From: Clostridia bacterium
GTDB taxonomy: Bacteria > Bacillota > Clostridia > TANB77 > CAG-508
Assembly (NCBI GenBank): GCA_017511265.1
Contig: JAFWKV010000001.1
Coordinates: 553-64,552 of the forward strand
Reading direction: 5' to 3'
DNA: 64,000 nucleotides
Both the position numbers and the translations under genes were made by a program. Numbering within the stretch: the first letter of the stretch is position 1; every line of letters begins with the position of its first letter. The notes under the pieces are model-generated. The model was given only the letters and a program-made list of their open reading frames with translations. It searched no databases and was not told where the DNA came from. This document shows positions 53,489 to 62,650 of this stretch, one piece after another.

Positions 53489-55477
53489 TTAATTAAAAGC
53501 GTATGTTGTTTCACTGTCTAAGTCTATAGTATAGTTATCTGTCCATTCTCCACCATTTGTGTCTTTTATTTCTAATATTAATTTTACTTTGCCTTTTCCT
53601 GTGATTGTTGGTGAAAGTGTTGCTGTGTTTTTATCTACGCCAGATTTTGAATATACTGTATTACCATCTGCTGTAAGTTTTACTGTGACTTTCTTTTCAC
53701 TATCTGGATAGTCTTTGTCTGATGCATCATATCCTTTTGTAATACTTTTTACATTAATGTTTATTGTTGCTGTTTTCTCTTCTGCAACTTTGTTTACAGT
53801 AATTGTTATGCTACTACCTTCATTTACTTCTTTTCCTGCGTCTATGCTTTGTTTTAATACTGTTCCATCTTCTTTACCTTTTTCTTCTTCATATACTACT
53901 GTGACTTTAAATCCTGCTTTTGAAAGTGTGCTTTTTGCCTCTTCTTCTTCACTGCCTATTACTGATGGTACTTGAACTTTTTTAGCTCCTGCACTTACTT
54001 TTATTTTTATTGTATCGCCTTTGTTAACTTCTGTTCCTGCTTCTTTATCTTGTTCAAATACTATTCCTGCTTCAACCTTTTTGTTTGTTTCTTCTTCTAC
54101 TTCAAATTTTAGTCCTAATTCTTCCAAGGTTTTCACAGCATCTGCTTCTTTCTCTCCAACTACTTTTGGAACTGTTACCTTTTCTATTCCTTTACTTACA
54201 ACAACTTTTATTGTAGTATTTTCTTTTACATTTTTCTTCTCTGTTGGGTCTTGTGAGATTATTTGCCCTGCTGGATATTTTTCGTTGTATTCTTCGCCCG
54301 CAACTTCTACTGTTAACTTTAATTTTTGATTTTTGTTGTTTATTTCATCAACTTGTCTTTTTGCTTGTTCTATTTCTACTCCTACTAAGTTTGGTATGTC
54401 TATTTTAGCAGCTGTAATCTGTGCATAAACCCATGTTCCACCAAAACTCAATAAGAATAGTAAAATCAAGCCCAATACTGCACTTAGTTTTTTATGTTCT
54501 TTTATCCATGCTACTAATTTATTATCTTTCTTCTTTTTTCCTCGTTTATTTCCTGATTCATCTAAGTCGTCATCATCATATATTGTCGATATTCTTTGTG
54601 TCGCAAATTCATCGCTATATGTATCTTCATTATCTACAAAGTCCCCATCTGGGTCTTTTAGTGACATATTAAGGTCTCTTAGCATTGCTGTTGCACTTTG
54701 ATATCTTAAGCTTGTGTCTTTTCTTAATGCTTTCATTATGATGTCATTTACAGCTTCAGGTACCTTTTCGTTTACTTCTATTGGTTCTTCTGGATCCTCT
54801 TGCATGTGTTTTAGTGCTACAGATACTGGTGTATCTGCATCAAATGGAAGTTTACCTGTTAGCATTTCATACATTACTACTCCTAGTGAGTATAAGTCTG
54901 ATTTGGCATCTGTATAGCCACCTCTAGCATGTTCTGGCGAAAAGTAATGCACTGACCCTATTGTTGTTCCAAATGCTGTTATTGTAGAATTTGAAACTGC
55001 TTTTGCTATTCCAAAGTCAGTTACTTTTGCTACACCGTCTTCTGTTATTATTATATTGTGTGGTTTTATGTCTCTATGTATTATATTGTTTTTATGTGCT
55101 GTTTCCAAGGCTGATGCAATTTGTATTGCAATGTTAACAGACCATTTCCATGGAAGTGGTCCATTTTCTTCTAAGATTATTTCTTTTAGGGTTTTTCCTT
55201 GTATTAATTCCATGACTATATAATGCAAATTATCTTGCTTTCCTACATCATATACTGATACTATATTTGGATGTGTAATGCTTGCTGCCGCTTGTGCTTC
55301 TACTTCAAACCTTTTAATAAATTCTTGGTCTGTTGTAAATTCGTCTCTTAATATTTTTACTGCTACAAATCGGTTAAGTAAAGTATCTTTTGCTTTGTAT
55401 ACTGTAGCCATTCCTCCATTACCAACTTTTTTTATGATTTCATATCTGTCAGCTAACATGCTTCCATTTAAATCCAT
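53489..55477 (-). CDS. prkC: Ser/Thr protein kinase with PASTA repeats (PrkC/PknB type)
   Basis: Hanks kinase motifs (VAVKIL, HRDIKPHN, DFGIA), a TM segment, three PASTA-like repeats and a C-terminal beta domain. Confidence 0.92.
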   Translation of the reverse strand: MDLNGSMLADRYEIIKKVGNGGMATVYKAKDTLLNRFVAVKILRDEFTTDQEFIKRFEVEAQAAASITHPNIVSVYDVGKQDNLHYIVMELIQGKTLKEIILEENGPLPWKWSVNIAIQIASALETAHKNNIIHRDIKPHNIIITEDGVAKVTDFGIAKAVSNSTITAFGTTIGSVHYFSPEHARGGYTDAKSDLYSLGVVMYEMLTGKLPFDADTPVSVALKHMQEDPEEPIEVNEKVPEAVNDIIMKALRKDTSLRYQSATAMLRDLNMSLKDPDGDFVDNEDTYSDEFATQRISTIYDDDDLDESGNKRGKKKKDNKLVAWIKEHKKLSAVLGLILLFLLSFGGTWVYAQITAAKIDIPNLVGVEIEQAKRQVDEINNKNQKLKLTVEVAGEEYNEKYPAGQIISQDPTEKKNVKENTTIKVVVSKGIEKVTVPKVVGEKEADAVKTLEELGLKFEVEEETNKKVEAGIVFEQDKEAGTEVNKGDTIKIKVSAGAKKVQVPSVIGSEEEEAKSTLSKAGFKVTVVYEEEKGKEDGTVLKQSIDAGKEVNEGSSITITVNKVAEEKTATININVKSITKGYDASDKDYPDSEKKVTVKLTADGNTVYSKSGVDKNTATLSPTITGKGKVKLILEIKDTNGGEWTDNYTIDLDSETTYAFN

Positions 55478-55509
55478 TTTTATCTCTCCTCATTTTTAAA
55501 AATATAGTT

Positions 55510-56244
55510 TTATATATTTTTTATTACTACAACTGTTATATTGTCTATTCCTCCGTTTTCATTTGCAAGGTCTACAAGTTTACCTGGTGCTCTTTCGATA
55601 TTTCCTTGTACAGTATTAAATATTTGCTCTTTTGTTACCATATTTGTTAAACCATCTGAAGTCATTACTAGTATGTCGTCTTTTAAAAATCCTTTTACTG
55701 ATACGTCTGGTTCTACAAAAGCACTACATCCTATAGCTTTCATTAGCATGTTTTTCTTTGGATGTGTTTCTGCTTCTGCTTCTGTTATTTTTCCGTCTTT
55801 TACTAATTTTTGTACATAACTGTGGTCTTGTGTTAGTTTTCTTATAAATTGCTTTCTTACTCTATATATTCTACTGTCCCCTACATGTCCAATATACACT
55901 TTGTTGTTGTGTACTAAACAAATTTCTAATGTTGTTCCCATTCCTTCTAGGTCTTTGTTTTCTTTTGATTTTTCATATATGACCATATTTGCATATTCCA
56001 TACTGCTTCCTACTAGCTGTATTAGGCTGTCTCTGTCTTTTGATATTTCTTTGTAGTTGTTTTCTATGTATTTTTTTACACATGTTGTTGCCATTTGACT
56101 TGCTATTTCTCCGCCTTTGTATCCCCCCATTCCGTCTGCAAGAATGTATAGTTTGACGTCATTTAGTGTGTCTGATATGTAGAAATAGTCTTGATTTGTT
56201 TGCCTTGCTTTACCTATGTCTGATTTAGCATAAGCTATTATCAT
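55510..56244 (-). CDS. stp: PP2C-family Ser/Thr phosphatase (Stp/PrpC)
   Basis: ADGMGG, GTTL and SDGLTN motifs. It lies upstream of prkC, as is usual. Confidence 0.9.
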   Translation of the reverse strand: MIIAYAKSDIGKARQTNQDYFYISDTLNDVKLYILADGMGGYKGGEIASQMATTCVKKYIENNYKEISKDRDSLIQLVGSSMEYANMVIYEKSKENKDLEGMGTTLEICLVHNNKVYIGHVGDSRIYRVRKQFIRKLTQDHSYVQKLVKDGKITEAEAETHPKKNMLMKAIGCSAFVEPDVSVKGFLKDDILVMTSDGLTNMVTKEQIFNTVQGNIERAPGKLVDLANENGGIDNITVVVIKNI

Positions 56245-56324
56245 TGTTTCACCTCTGTTTTTATTATTTATATTTCTTCAGTTTATTTTATATCATACCT
56301 TGTTTTTTTTTTCAATAGATTAGC

Positions 56325-56376
56325 AAAAAAAATAAAAAAGAATCGAGCCACTCTCCTGTGTAGGATTGTGACTCGA
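56325..56376 (-). terminator. Rho-independent terminator of the 85-aa gene
   Basis: On the minus strand, stem TCGAGTCAC...GTGGCTCGA is followed by TTCTTTTTTATTTTTTTT. Confidence 0.65.
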
Positions 56377-56396
56377 CCTGAAAAGATGTGTGGAAC

Positions 56397-56654
56397 TTAG
56401 CTGTTGCTAACCCTGTTCCACTTGACGCTATGGCACTCCTCAACGTGGAGTTGCCCATTAATCTCCGAGACTCTTACAAGAAAAGTTTCGTTGTCAGACT
56501 GCACCGCATAGACAAGGTAATTGTCTTTGTGGTACGAGTGAGTTGAATGGATAAGAGTCAATGCGGCTCCATCCTCCAAGTTGAAGTCCGGCTCGCCATT
56601 AGCGTACTTGTTGTTGAATACGCGAATAATCTCGCGCATGAGTTCCATATCCAT
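56397..56654 (-). CDS. Hypothetical 85-aa protein, strong compositional outlier
   Basis: The stretch 56401..56460 is about 52% G+C. RBS AAAGGAG is present. I recognise no family. Confidence 0.6.
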   Translation of the reverse strand: MDMELMREIIRVFNNKYANGEPDFNLEDGAALTLIHSTHSYHKDNYLVYAVQSDNETFLVRVSEINGQLHVEECHSVKWNRVSNS

Positions 56655-56702
56655 GGATACTCCTTTCTCTGTTGTGCCTTGGGACTTTTTCCCCTTGGTA
56701 AT

Positions 56703-56731
56703 ATTATAGCAAAGCTATGCGTAATTGTCAA
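56703..56731 (-). promoter_or_regulatory. Consensus sigma-A promoter of the 85-aa gene
   Basis: The minus strand reads TTGACA (56731..56726), a 17-nt spacer, then TATAAT (56708..56703). Confidence 0.6.
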
Positions 56732-56758
56732 ATTATGTAAGGCGGTGTATTGGAGACA

Positions 56759-56822
56759 GGAAAACTTTTTTAAAACGTCCCCAAAAGTTTTCCACAGTCC
56801 ACCCTGTCCCCAAAAGTTTTCC
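56759..56822. repeat. GGGAC-family hairpin plus half-repeat, overlapping the cotJC stop
   Basis: GGAAAACTTTT-TTAAAACGTCCCC-AAAAGTTTTCC is followed by a second GTCCCCAAAAGTTTTCC. The last base is the first base of the cotJC stop codon. Confidence 0.75.
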
Positions 56823-57398
56823 TAATAAAATTTCTTTGCTGCTAGTCTGTCTTGTACGCCACGTAGTGCTTCGCCAAAACGTTGAAAATGCACCACTTCT
56901 CTTTGTCTTAAATAACGTAATGGGTCTATTACTTCTGGATTGTCTTTACTTAAGTCAATTAATTTTTCATACGTTGCACGTGCTTTTTGTTCTGCTGCTA
57001 GGTCTTCTTGTAAGTTTGCTATTGGATCTCCTTTTGCTGCAATATATGCTGCTGTAAATGGTACTCCTGCTGCTGATACTGGATATACATCTAATCCATG
57101 GTCTGTATAATATGCATCCAAACCAGCTTCTTTTATTTCTTCTATTGTAGCTCCTTTTGTCAATTGGTTTACTATAGTTCCTACCATTTCTAAGTGAGCC
57201 AATTCTTCTGTTCCGGATATCATTTAAAATTGCTTTTGAAGTTTGGTCAGGCATTCCAAATCGTTGAGATAAATACCTTAATGATGCAGCAAGTTCTCCG
57301 TCTGGGCCACCATATTGAGAAATAATATTTTTAGCAAGTTTCAAGTCTTTACACTTTATATTTATTGGGTATTGTAGCATTTTGTTATAAGTCCACAT
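56822..57398 (-). pseudogene. cotJC: Manganese-catalase-family spore coat protein CotJC, frameshifted
   Basis: The N-terminal ORF reads MWTYNKMLQYPINIK...YGGPDGELAASLRYLSQRFGMPD...ILNDI. The rest, GTEELAHLEM...AAEQKARATYE..., is in the ORF 56822..57223. An extra C in GATATC-C-GGAACA (about 57216) separates them. Confidence 0.85.
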
Positions 57399-57437
57399 TT
57401 AAAAATTCCCCCTTTCCCATGGCCACCCTTCGTTTAG
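57399..57437 (-). other. cotJB: Displaced 3' end of cotJB (encodes ...LNEGWPWERGNF*)
   Basis: My translation of the minus strand gives CTA AAC GAA GGG TGG CCA TGG GAA AGG GGG AAT TTT TAA. The TAA directly abuts the cotJC ATG (TAAATG). Confidence 0.75.
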
Positions 57438-57438
57438 A

Positions 57439-59031
57439 TTAGGAACATATATTAAATTTATATTTTATATTAATATTTCTATCGTCTATGATTATTTTAT
57501 CTATTAATTTAAATAATAAGCTTTTACTTGCATCATTTATTTCATTAAAGCTCATGATTTTTTTCATATTTTCTTTAAATTCATTATTTCCAATAATTAT
57601 TTCTTTATCTGTTTTATCACATTCTTGTTTATATATTTCCATTTTTCTTTCATATTCTTTCTTTTGTTTTTCATATTTTTTTACTAATACATTAAATGTA
57701 TCATTAGATATTACCTCTGATATTTTATCTTCATATAAATTACTTATAATCTTATTTAATTCTTCCATTTTTTTAGTTAGTTTTATTAATTCAGATTTTT
57801 TATTATTTTTTTTTATTCTATCCTTGTTATAGTCTAGTTGTTCTATGTTTAAATATTTTTTTATATTACTTTTTATAGCTTCTGTTACTAATCTGATAAG
57901 TTCATCTTCTCTTATATGGACATTACTACAGAATTTATTACCATATTTTTTGTATCTTGAACAAATACATCTAAAATTTTTTCCATGATTTTTATTATAT
58001 GTTATTCTACTGCCACATTTGCAAAATACTAGTCCTGTAAGAAGATGCTTTTCTTTGTTTGAATAATTCCATTCATTAGTTTGTTTATTCAGCATTTCTT
58101 GTACTATGTCAAAGTCAGCTCTTTCAATTATAGCTTTATGATTATCGAGAACAATAATTTGATTTTCTGTTGGAACTTTTGACGTTCTTTTTATCTTGTA
58201 ATTTATCTTTTTGTTTTTTAGTTGAACTAAATCTCCAGCATAAATTCTATCTCTTAATATTTTATTTATTACAGTAGAATTCCATTGGTATGTTGTGTGC
58301 TTTTTGCAATTAGGATTAAAATAATTTGTGGTTTCTTCTTTGTATTTAAGTGGTGTTATTATTCCCATATCGTTAAATATATTTGCTATTTGCGTTTTGC
58401 TTTTTCCTTTTTTATACAATCTAAAAATCATTTTAACATTTTCTGATACATTTTCATCAACTATAATTTTGTTTTTATTATTATTGTCTTTTTTGTATCC
58501 ATATGGTAAAAATGCTTTTATACAATCTCCACATTTTGCTTTTGTTTCTATTGCTGACCTGACTTTGTTTGATATGTCTTTTGCGTACATATCATTTATA
58601 ACAGATTTAAACGGTGTCATATCATTATTACTGTTATATTGATCATATGTATCAATATTATCGTTTACTGCTATATATCTTACCATTTTTGTTGGAAAAT
58701 ATTTTTCTACATACATGCCAACTCCAATATGGTCTCTTCCAAGTCTTGAAAGGTCTTTTGTTATTACAAGGTTTACTAACCCTCTTTCTATGTCGTTTAA
58801 TAAATTCTGAAATCCTGGTCTTTCAAAATTAGTACCTGTATATCCATCATCATAATAAACATTTGCTAATGTCCATTTTTGTTCTTTAACTATAGATTTT
58901 AAAAACTTAATTTGGTTTTCTATGCTCTCTGATATGTTTTTGTATTTTTCTTCTTTTTCGTCTTCTTTTGAAAGTCTCGCATATATTGCTACTTTCCATT
59001 TTATATTATAGTCATTATATAACCTGTTCAT
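57439..59031 (-). CDS. Large serine recombinase (SpoIVCA/TnpX/phage-integrase type)
   Basis: Resolvase catalytic domain (VAIYARLSKED, SIENQ, DDGYTGTNFERPGF, KDLSRLGRD), followed by recombinase and zinc-ribbon (CKCGS...C.CSRY) domains and a coiled-coil tail. Confidence 0.9.
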   Translation of the reverse strand: MNRLYNDYNIKWKVAIYARLSKEDEKEEKYKNISESIENQIKFLKSIVKEQKWTLANVYYDDGYTGTNFERPGFQNLLNDIERGLVNLVITKDLSRLGRDHIGVGMYVEKYFPTKMVRYIAVNDNIDTYDQYNSNNDMTPFKSVINDMYAKDISNKVRSAIETKAKCGDCIKAFLPYGYKKDNNNKNKIIVDENVSENVKMIFRLYKKGKSKTQIANIFNDMGIITPLKYKEETTNYFNPNCKKHTTYQWNSTVINKILRDRIYAGDLVQLKNKKINYKIKRTSKVPTENQIIVLDNHKAIIERADFDIVQEMLNKQTNEWNYSNKEKHLLTGLVFCKCGSRITYNKNHGKNFRCICSRYKKYGNKFCSNVHIREDELIRLVTEAIKSNIKKYLNIEQLDYNKDRIKKNNKKSELIKLTKKMEELNKIISNLYEDKISEVISNDTFNVLVKKYEKQKKEYERKMEIYKQECDKTDKEIIIGNNEFKENMKKIMSFNEINDASKSLLFKLIDKIIIDDRNINIKYKFNICS

Positions 59032-59069
59032 TGTTCCTCCTCTCTAAAATTATATAAATGACTACTTAC

Positions 59070-59183
59070 CTATTTTTTGTTTTGATAAAATAAAAACTTA
59101 TAATTTTCATCAACCCATTCTTGTATTAGTTCTTGTATGTTTTTGCCTTCTTTAGTATATGTTTCTTTTACTCTGTTTTCCAT
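59070..59183 (-). CDS. Possible 37-aa ORF upstream of the recombinase
   Basis: My translation gives MENRVKETYTKEGKNIQELIQEWVDENYKFLFYQNKK*. It is below the track cutoff and has no clear RBS, so this is speculative. Confidence 0.25.
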   Translation of the reverse strand: MENRVKETYTKEGKNIQELIQEWVDENYKFLFYQNKK

Positions 59184-59231
59184 TAATATCACCTCAGTAA
59201 AATATATTTTTTTAATAATATATAAATTACC

Positions 59232-59265
59232 AACAACAAAAAAGGCATCTATTTTTTAGATACCT
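59232..59265 (-). terminator. Terminator after the ABC transporter gene
   Basis: An imperfect 8-bp stem (AGGTATCT/AGATGCCT on the minus strand) followed by TTTTTGTTG. Confidence 0.45.
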
Positions 59266-59283
59266 TTTTATATAATTGTATTT

Positions 59284-61698
59284 TTATTCTGTTTTTAATG
59301 ATTCAACAGGGTCTTTTTTGCTTGCCATACTAGCTGGTCCAATTCCTGAGAATACTGTTAGTCCCATACTGATTAATATTAGTATAATTGCATGTACAGG
59401 TGATAATAACATAATATTGTCTATTTTTGCAAGCAAGCTGACTATTGCATTTATTCCTAGTGATAGTATAAAACTTACAGCTATTCCTAAAACACCTGAA
59501 GCTAAGCCTTCAATAATTGTTTCAGCTCTAAATACCCTTTTTACGTCTTTTTTACTAGCACCAATTGCACGTAAAATTCCAATTTCTTTTGTTCTTTCTA
59601 ATACTGATATGTATGTAATAATACCAATCATCAAGCTTGAAACTATTAAAGATATTGCTACAAAAGCAATCATAACCATTGATATCATAGAAACAATTTG
59701 AGATATACCTTGTGTTAAACTTTCCATTTGGTCTACATATATAATTTTATCTTCTTCGTTTGCTTGATTATTATATGTTTCTATAAATTTCTTTATTTCA
59801 GCTTTAGAATTTGCATCTTTTGGATAAATATTTATTGTATATGGATTTTCAAGTTTCCCTGATCCTAATATTTTCAAGTTCTTTTCATAAGTTGAATTTA
59901 TACCGTCAAATGCTTCTCCTGTAAATATGTTAATATTTTTATTAGCCATTTGTTCTTTTACTATTTCTGTTTCATTTGCTGTATTCATGTAATCTTCTAT
60001 TAATTCATGTGTATATCCTAAAAATCCACTAGGTGTATTTTTGTCTTTTACTTTTATGATTCCTGTGATTTTTAATTCAGGTGCTTTATTATACAATTCT
60101 TTAATAAATTCACTGTCATTTTCTCTACTTACCCATGTGTTTCCAACCTTTTGATAATAATCGCTACCTTTAATTATTCTATATGTCTTTCCAATCAATT
60201 TATCAAAGTCATAAGAAATATCTTCTGCTTTAACTTTTTCCCCATTTGAGGCTTTTTCTGTAAATTTAGCAATATCAGCTCTGTCTTCTATGTCTAATGA
60301 ATACATTGTTGTGAGTGATAATTCATTGTTTTCGTCTACTACAAGTGCTAGTTCATTTTTTGATTTTGGCATAGTACCTGAAACTACTTCATATTGGTCA
60401 CTATTTTTTAGCTCTTTAAATGAGTTTTTTAATAAATTAATTGAAAATAAGTCTCCTAATATTCCTTCATCTGATGTTTCAGAATCGTCAATTGGATTGA
60501 TTTTTGTTATGTTTCCGTTTTTGCCTGTGTCATATAATTGTATGTTTACATTATACGTGTACTGAATAAAAGAAGAAAATTTGTCTGTTTCGTTTTTGTG
60601 TTGTTCAATATATTCTTTCATTTTTTGTAGGTTGTTTTTCTTTGTTGCTGACTTTGAGCTAAGTGTCAAGTTTGTAGAAATGTCATCTTTAGCAACTATT
60701 GTGTCTTTATGCTCATTTTTTTCGTTTTTGATTTCTATTGTGTCAGTTTGTGTTCCTGTGTCTGAAACACTTGCTGTACTTTCCATACTTACAGCTTGAG
60801 TTGCTGATGATTCTTTTTGCATATTATTTGCATATTCTGTAACACCATTTGATAATGATAATACAAGTGCAATACCAATTATACCAATGCTTCCGGCTAT
60901 TGCTGTTACTAATGTTCTGCCTCTTTTGGTCATTAAGTTGTTTTTACTTAACGATAAAGCTGTAAGTAAACTCATTGAACTTCTCTTTTTATTATCATCT
61001 GAGTCTGTAGCTTCATTTCCATCAAATGGTTCTGTATCATCTATTATATGGCCATCTTTTAAGCTTACTATTCTAGTTGAATATTTTTGTGCAAGTTCTG
61101 GGTTGTGTGTAACCATTATAACTAGTTTTTCTTTTGCTACTTCTTTTAGTAAATCCATTATTTGTACACTTGTTTCTGAATCTAATGCACCTGTTGGCTC
61201 GTCAGCTAATATTATATCTGGATTATTTACTAATGCTCTTGCTATTGCAACTCTTTGCATTTGGCCTCCAGATAGTTGTCTTGGCTTTTTGTTTATGTGT
61301 TCTCCTAGTCCCACTTTTTTTAATGCTTCTGTAGCTCTTTTTTTGCGTTCTGATTTTGAAACACCTGATAGTGTCAATGCTAGTTCTACGTTGGATAGAA
61401 CTGATTGGTGTCCAATTAAATTGTAACTTTGAAATATAAATCCTATTTTGTGGTTTCTATATGTGTCCCAATTACTATCTTTATATTCCTTTGTACTAAT
61501 TCCGTTTATTATTAGTTCTCCTGTTGTATAGTGGTCTAATCCTCCTATTATGTTTAGTAATGTTGATTTACCACTACCACTTTGTCCTAAAATAGATACA
61601 AATTCATTTTTTCTAAAGTTGATTGAGACATTATCTAATGCTTTTTGCTCGATTGTGTCCATTTTATATATTTTAGTTATATTTTTTAAGGTTAACAT
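59284..61698 (-). CDS. Fused ABC transporter ATPase-permease (MacB/FtsX type)
   Basis: N-terminal NBD (GQSGSGKST, LSGGQMQR, ILADEP), a long extracytoplasmic domain, and a C-terminal FtsX-like 4-TM domain. Confidence 0.85.
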   Translation of the reverse strand: MLTLKNITKIYKMDTIEQKALDNVSINFRKNEFVSILGQSGSGKSTLLNIIGGLDHYTTGELIINGISTKEYKDSNWDTYRNHKIGFIFQSYNLIGHQSVLSNVELALTLSGVSKSERKKRATEALKKVGLGEHINKKPRQLSGGQMQRVAIARALVNNPDIILADEPTGALDSETSVQIMDLLKEVAKEKLVIMVTHNPELAQKYSTRIVSLKDGHIIDDTEPFDGNEATDSDDNKKRSSMSLLTALSLSKNNLMTKRGRTLVTAIAGSIGIIGIALVLSLSNGVTEYANNMQKESSATQAVSMESTASVSDTGTQTDTIEIKNEKNEHKDTIVAKDDISTNLTLSSKSATKKNNLQKMKEYIEQHKNETDKFSSFIQYTYNVNIQLYDTGKNGNITKINPIDDSETSDEGILGDLFSINLLKNSFKELKNSDQYEVVSGTMPKSKNELALVVDENNELSLTTMYSLDIEDRADIAKFTEKASNGEKVKAEDISYDFDKLIGKTYRIIKGSDYYQKVGNTWVSRENDSEFIKELYNKAPELKITGIIKVKDKNTPSGFLGYTHELIEDYMNTANETEIVKEQMANKNINIFTGEAFDGINSTYEKNLKILGSGKLENPYTINIYPKDANSKAEIKKFIETYNNQANEEDKIIYVDQMESLTQGISQIVSMISMVMIAFVAISLIVSSLMIGIITYISVLERTKEIGILRAIGASKKDVKRVFRAETIIEGLASGVLGIAVSFILSLGINAIVSLLAKIDNIMLLSPVHAIILILISMGLTVFSGIGPASMASKKDPVESLKTE

Positions 61699-61843
61699 TG
61701 TTTTCCTCCTTTTTTAGTGTTTAGTTTAATACTGTATTTTTATTTTTATAGATTTTTTTATTATGAAACAAAATGGACTAGATAAGGCTAGTCCATTTTG
61801 CTTTCATTTTTTGCTGACTTAAATTAAATAGACTTGTTTTTTA

Positions 61844-62227
61844 TTATTCTTGTGATCTTACTTTATATATTGCTATTAAGGTAATTACATCAAGAATTAA
61901 ATCCACAATACCTGTTACTCTTTGGTTTACAAAGAATCCAACAATTGCTCCAACAAGTCCAAGTATTAATAATACCATTAACAATGTTCCTTTGCTTTTG
62001 TCATTGATTATTCTTCTTATAAGCCACCAAAACCATAAATAAACTAAAGCACTTGTTACTGCTGTAACTCCTACAAAGATTTTTGGATCTATTCCATTTG
62101 TTTGTCCTGCAATGGCTTGCATTGCCTCATTACTGCTTATAGAAATGAGCATAAAAACAATACCAAGAATTGCATATATCATATAAAGCCAACTCATTCC
62201 TTTTAGCCAACTTTTAGCTTTTTCCAT
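61844..62227 (-). CDS. Hypothetical 4-TM membrane protein (element cargo)
   Basis: Hydrophobic ORF. The start at the second ATG has better spacing to RBS AAAGGGGA. Confidence 0.5.
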   Translation of the reverse strand: MEKAKSWLKGMSWLYMIYAILGIVFMLISISSNEAMQAIAGQTNGIDPKIFVGVTAVTSALVYLWFWWLIRRIINDKSKGTLLMVLLILGLVGAIVGFFVNQRVTGIVDLILDVITLIAIYKVRSQE

Positions 62228-62320
62228 GACCATATCCCCTTTCTCTTTAATTCGCTTATATTGTACTATAAAAGAAATAATTTGTCAATAATTTGTATTT
62301 TTTCTTTTATTTTGGGTGAT

Positions 62321-62650
62321 TCATTTATTTTTTCCTATTTTGAACGCAGGCCATGGTTGCTCTAACCATCTCCATTTATTACATGGATAGTTGATTGTAA
62401 GTGGTCCATATATTTTTTGATATTCGTCTTTTAGTTCTTTACATTCTTTACAGTATTTTTTGTGAAGGCAAAGGGCTTTTTTGTCTTCTGGATGTGTGTC
62501 TAGATATAATGCTAGTTCTGTTATAGCGAAGTCTAAACTTCTGATTTCATCTGCCATTTCTCTTCTTATTTTTTCTTTTTCACAGCAGGTTTTATCTTCG
62601 TTTTCTTCTGCTGGCATATTTCCTTGCATCATCATTGCCATTGTGTTCAT
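62321..62650 (-). CDS. cotJB: Spore coat protein CotJB, 5' portion with an element-derived tail (interrupted gene)
   Basis: LDFAITELALYLDTHPEDKKAL...YGPLT...NKWRWLEQPWP matches the CotJB family. It then runs into 8 residues (AFKIGKNK*) inside the inserted element. The ATG at 62650 overlaps the cotJA TGA. Confidence 0.8.
   Translation of the reverse strand: MNTMAMMMQGNMPAEENEDKTCCEKEKIRREMADEIRSLDFAITELALYLDTHPEDKKALCLHKKYCKECKELKDEYQKIYGPLTINYPCNKWRWLEQPWPAFKIGKNK

Larger units (their letters stand above)
57421..62353. mobile_element. 4.9-kb intervening/integrative element inserted in cotJB, bounded by GGCCA direct repeats
   Basis: GGCCA occurs at 57421..57425 and 62349..62353. The element carries a large serine recombinase at one end plus an ABC transporter and a membrane protein. 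Deleting 4928 bp restores an in-frame cotJB. Confidence 0.75.

Noticed and set aside
56547-57057. + strand ORFs of 92 and 110 aa across the 85-aa gene, the repeat and cotJC.
   Set aside because: They are antisense to supported minus-strand features and span a repeat element. They have no independent signals.
59070-59183. The 37-aa ORF upstream of the recombinase as a recombination directionality factor.
   Set aside because: There is no RBS and no recognisable family, and the size is within chance expectation for AT-rich DNA. I kept it only as a low-confidence feature.
57421-62353. The inserted element as a prophage or ICE.
   Set aside because: It is only about 4.9 kb and has no capsid, tail, terminase, relaxase or conjugation genes. 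It fits better as a minimal serine-recombinase integrative/intervening element with transporter cargo.
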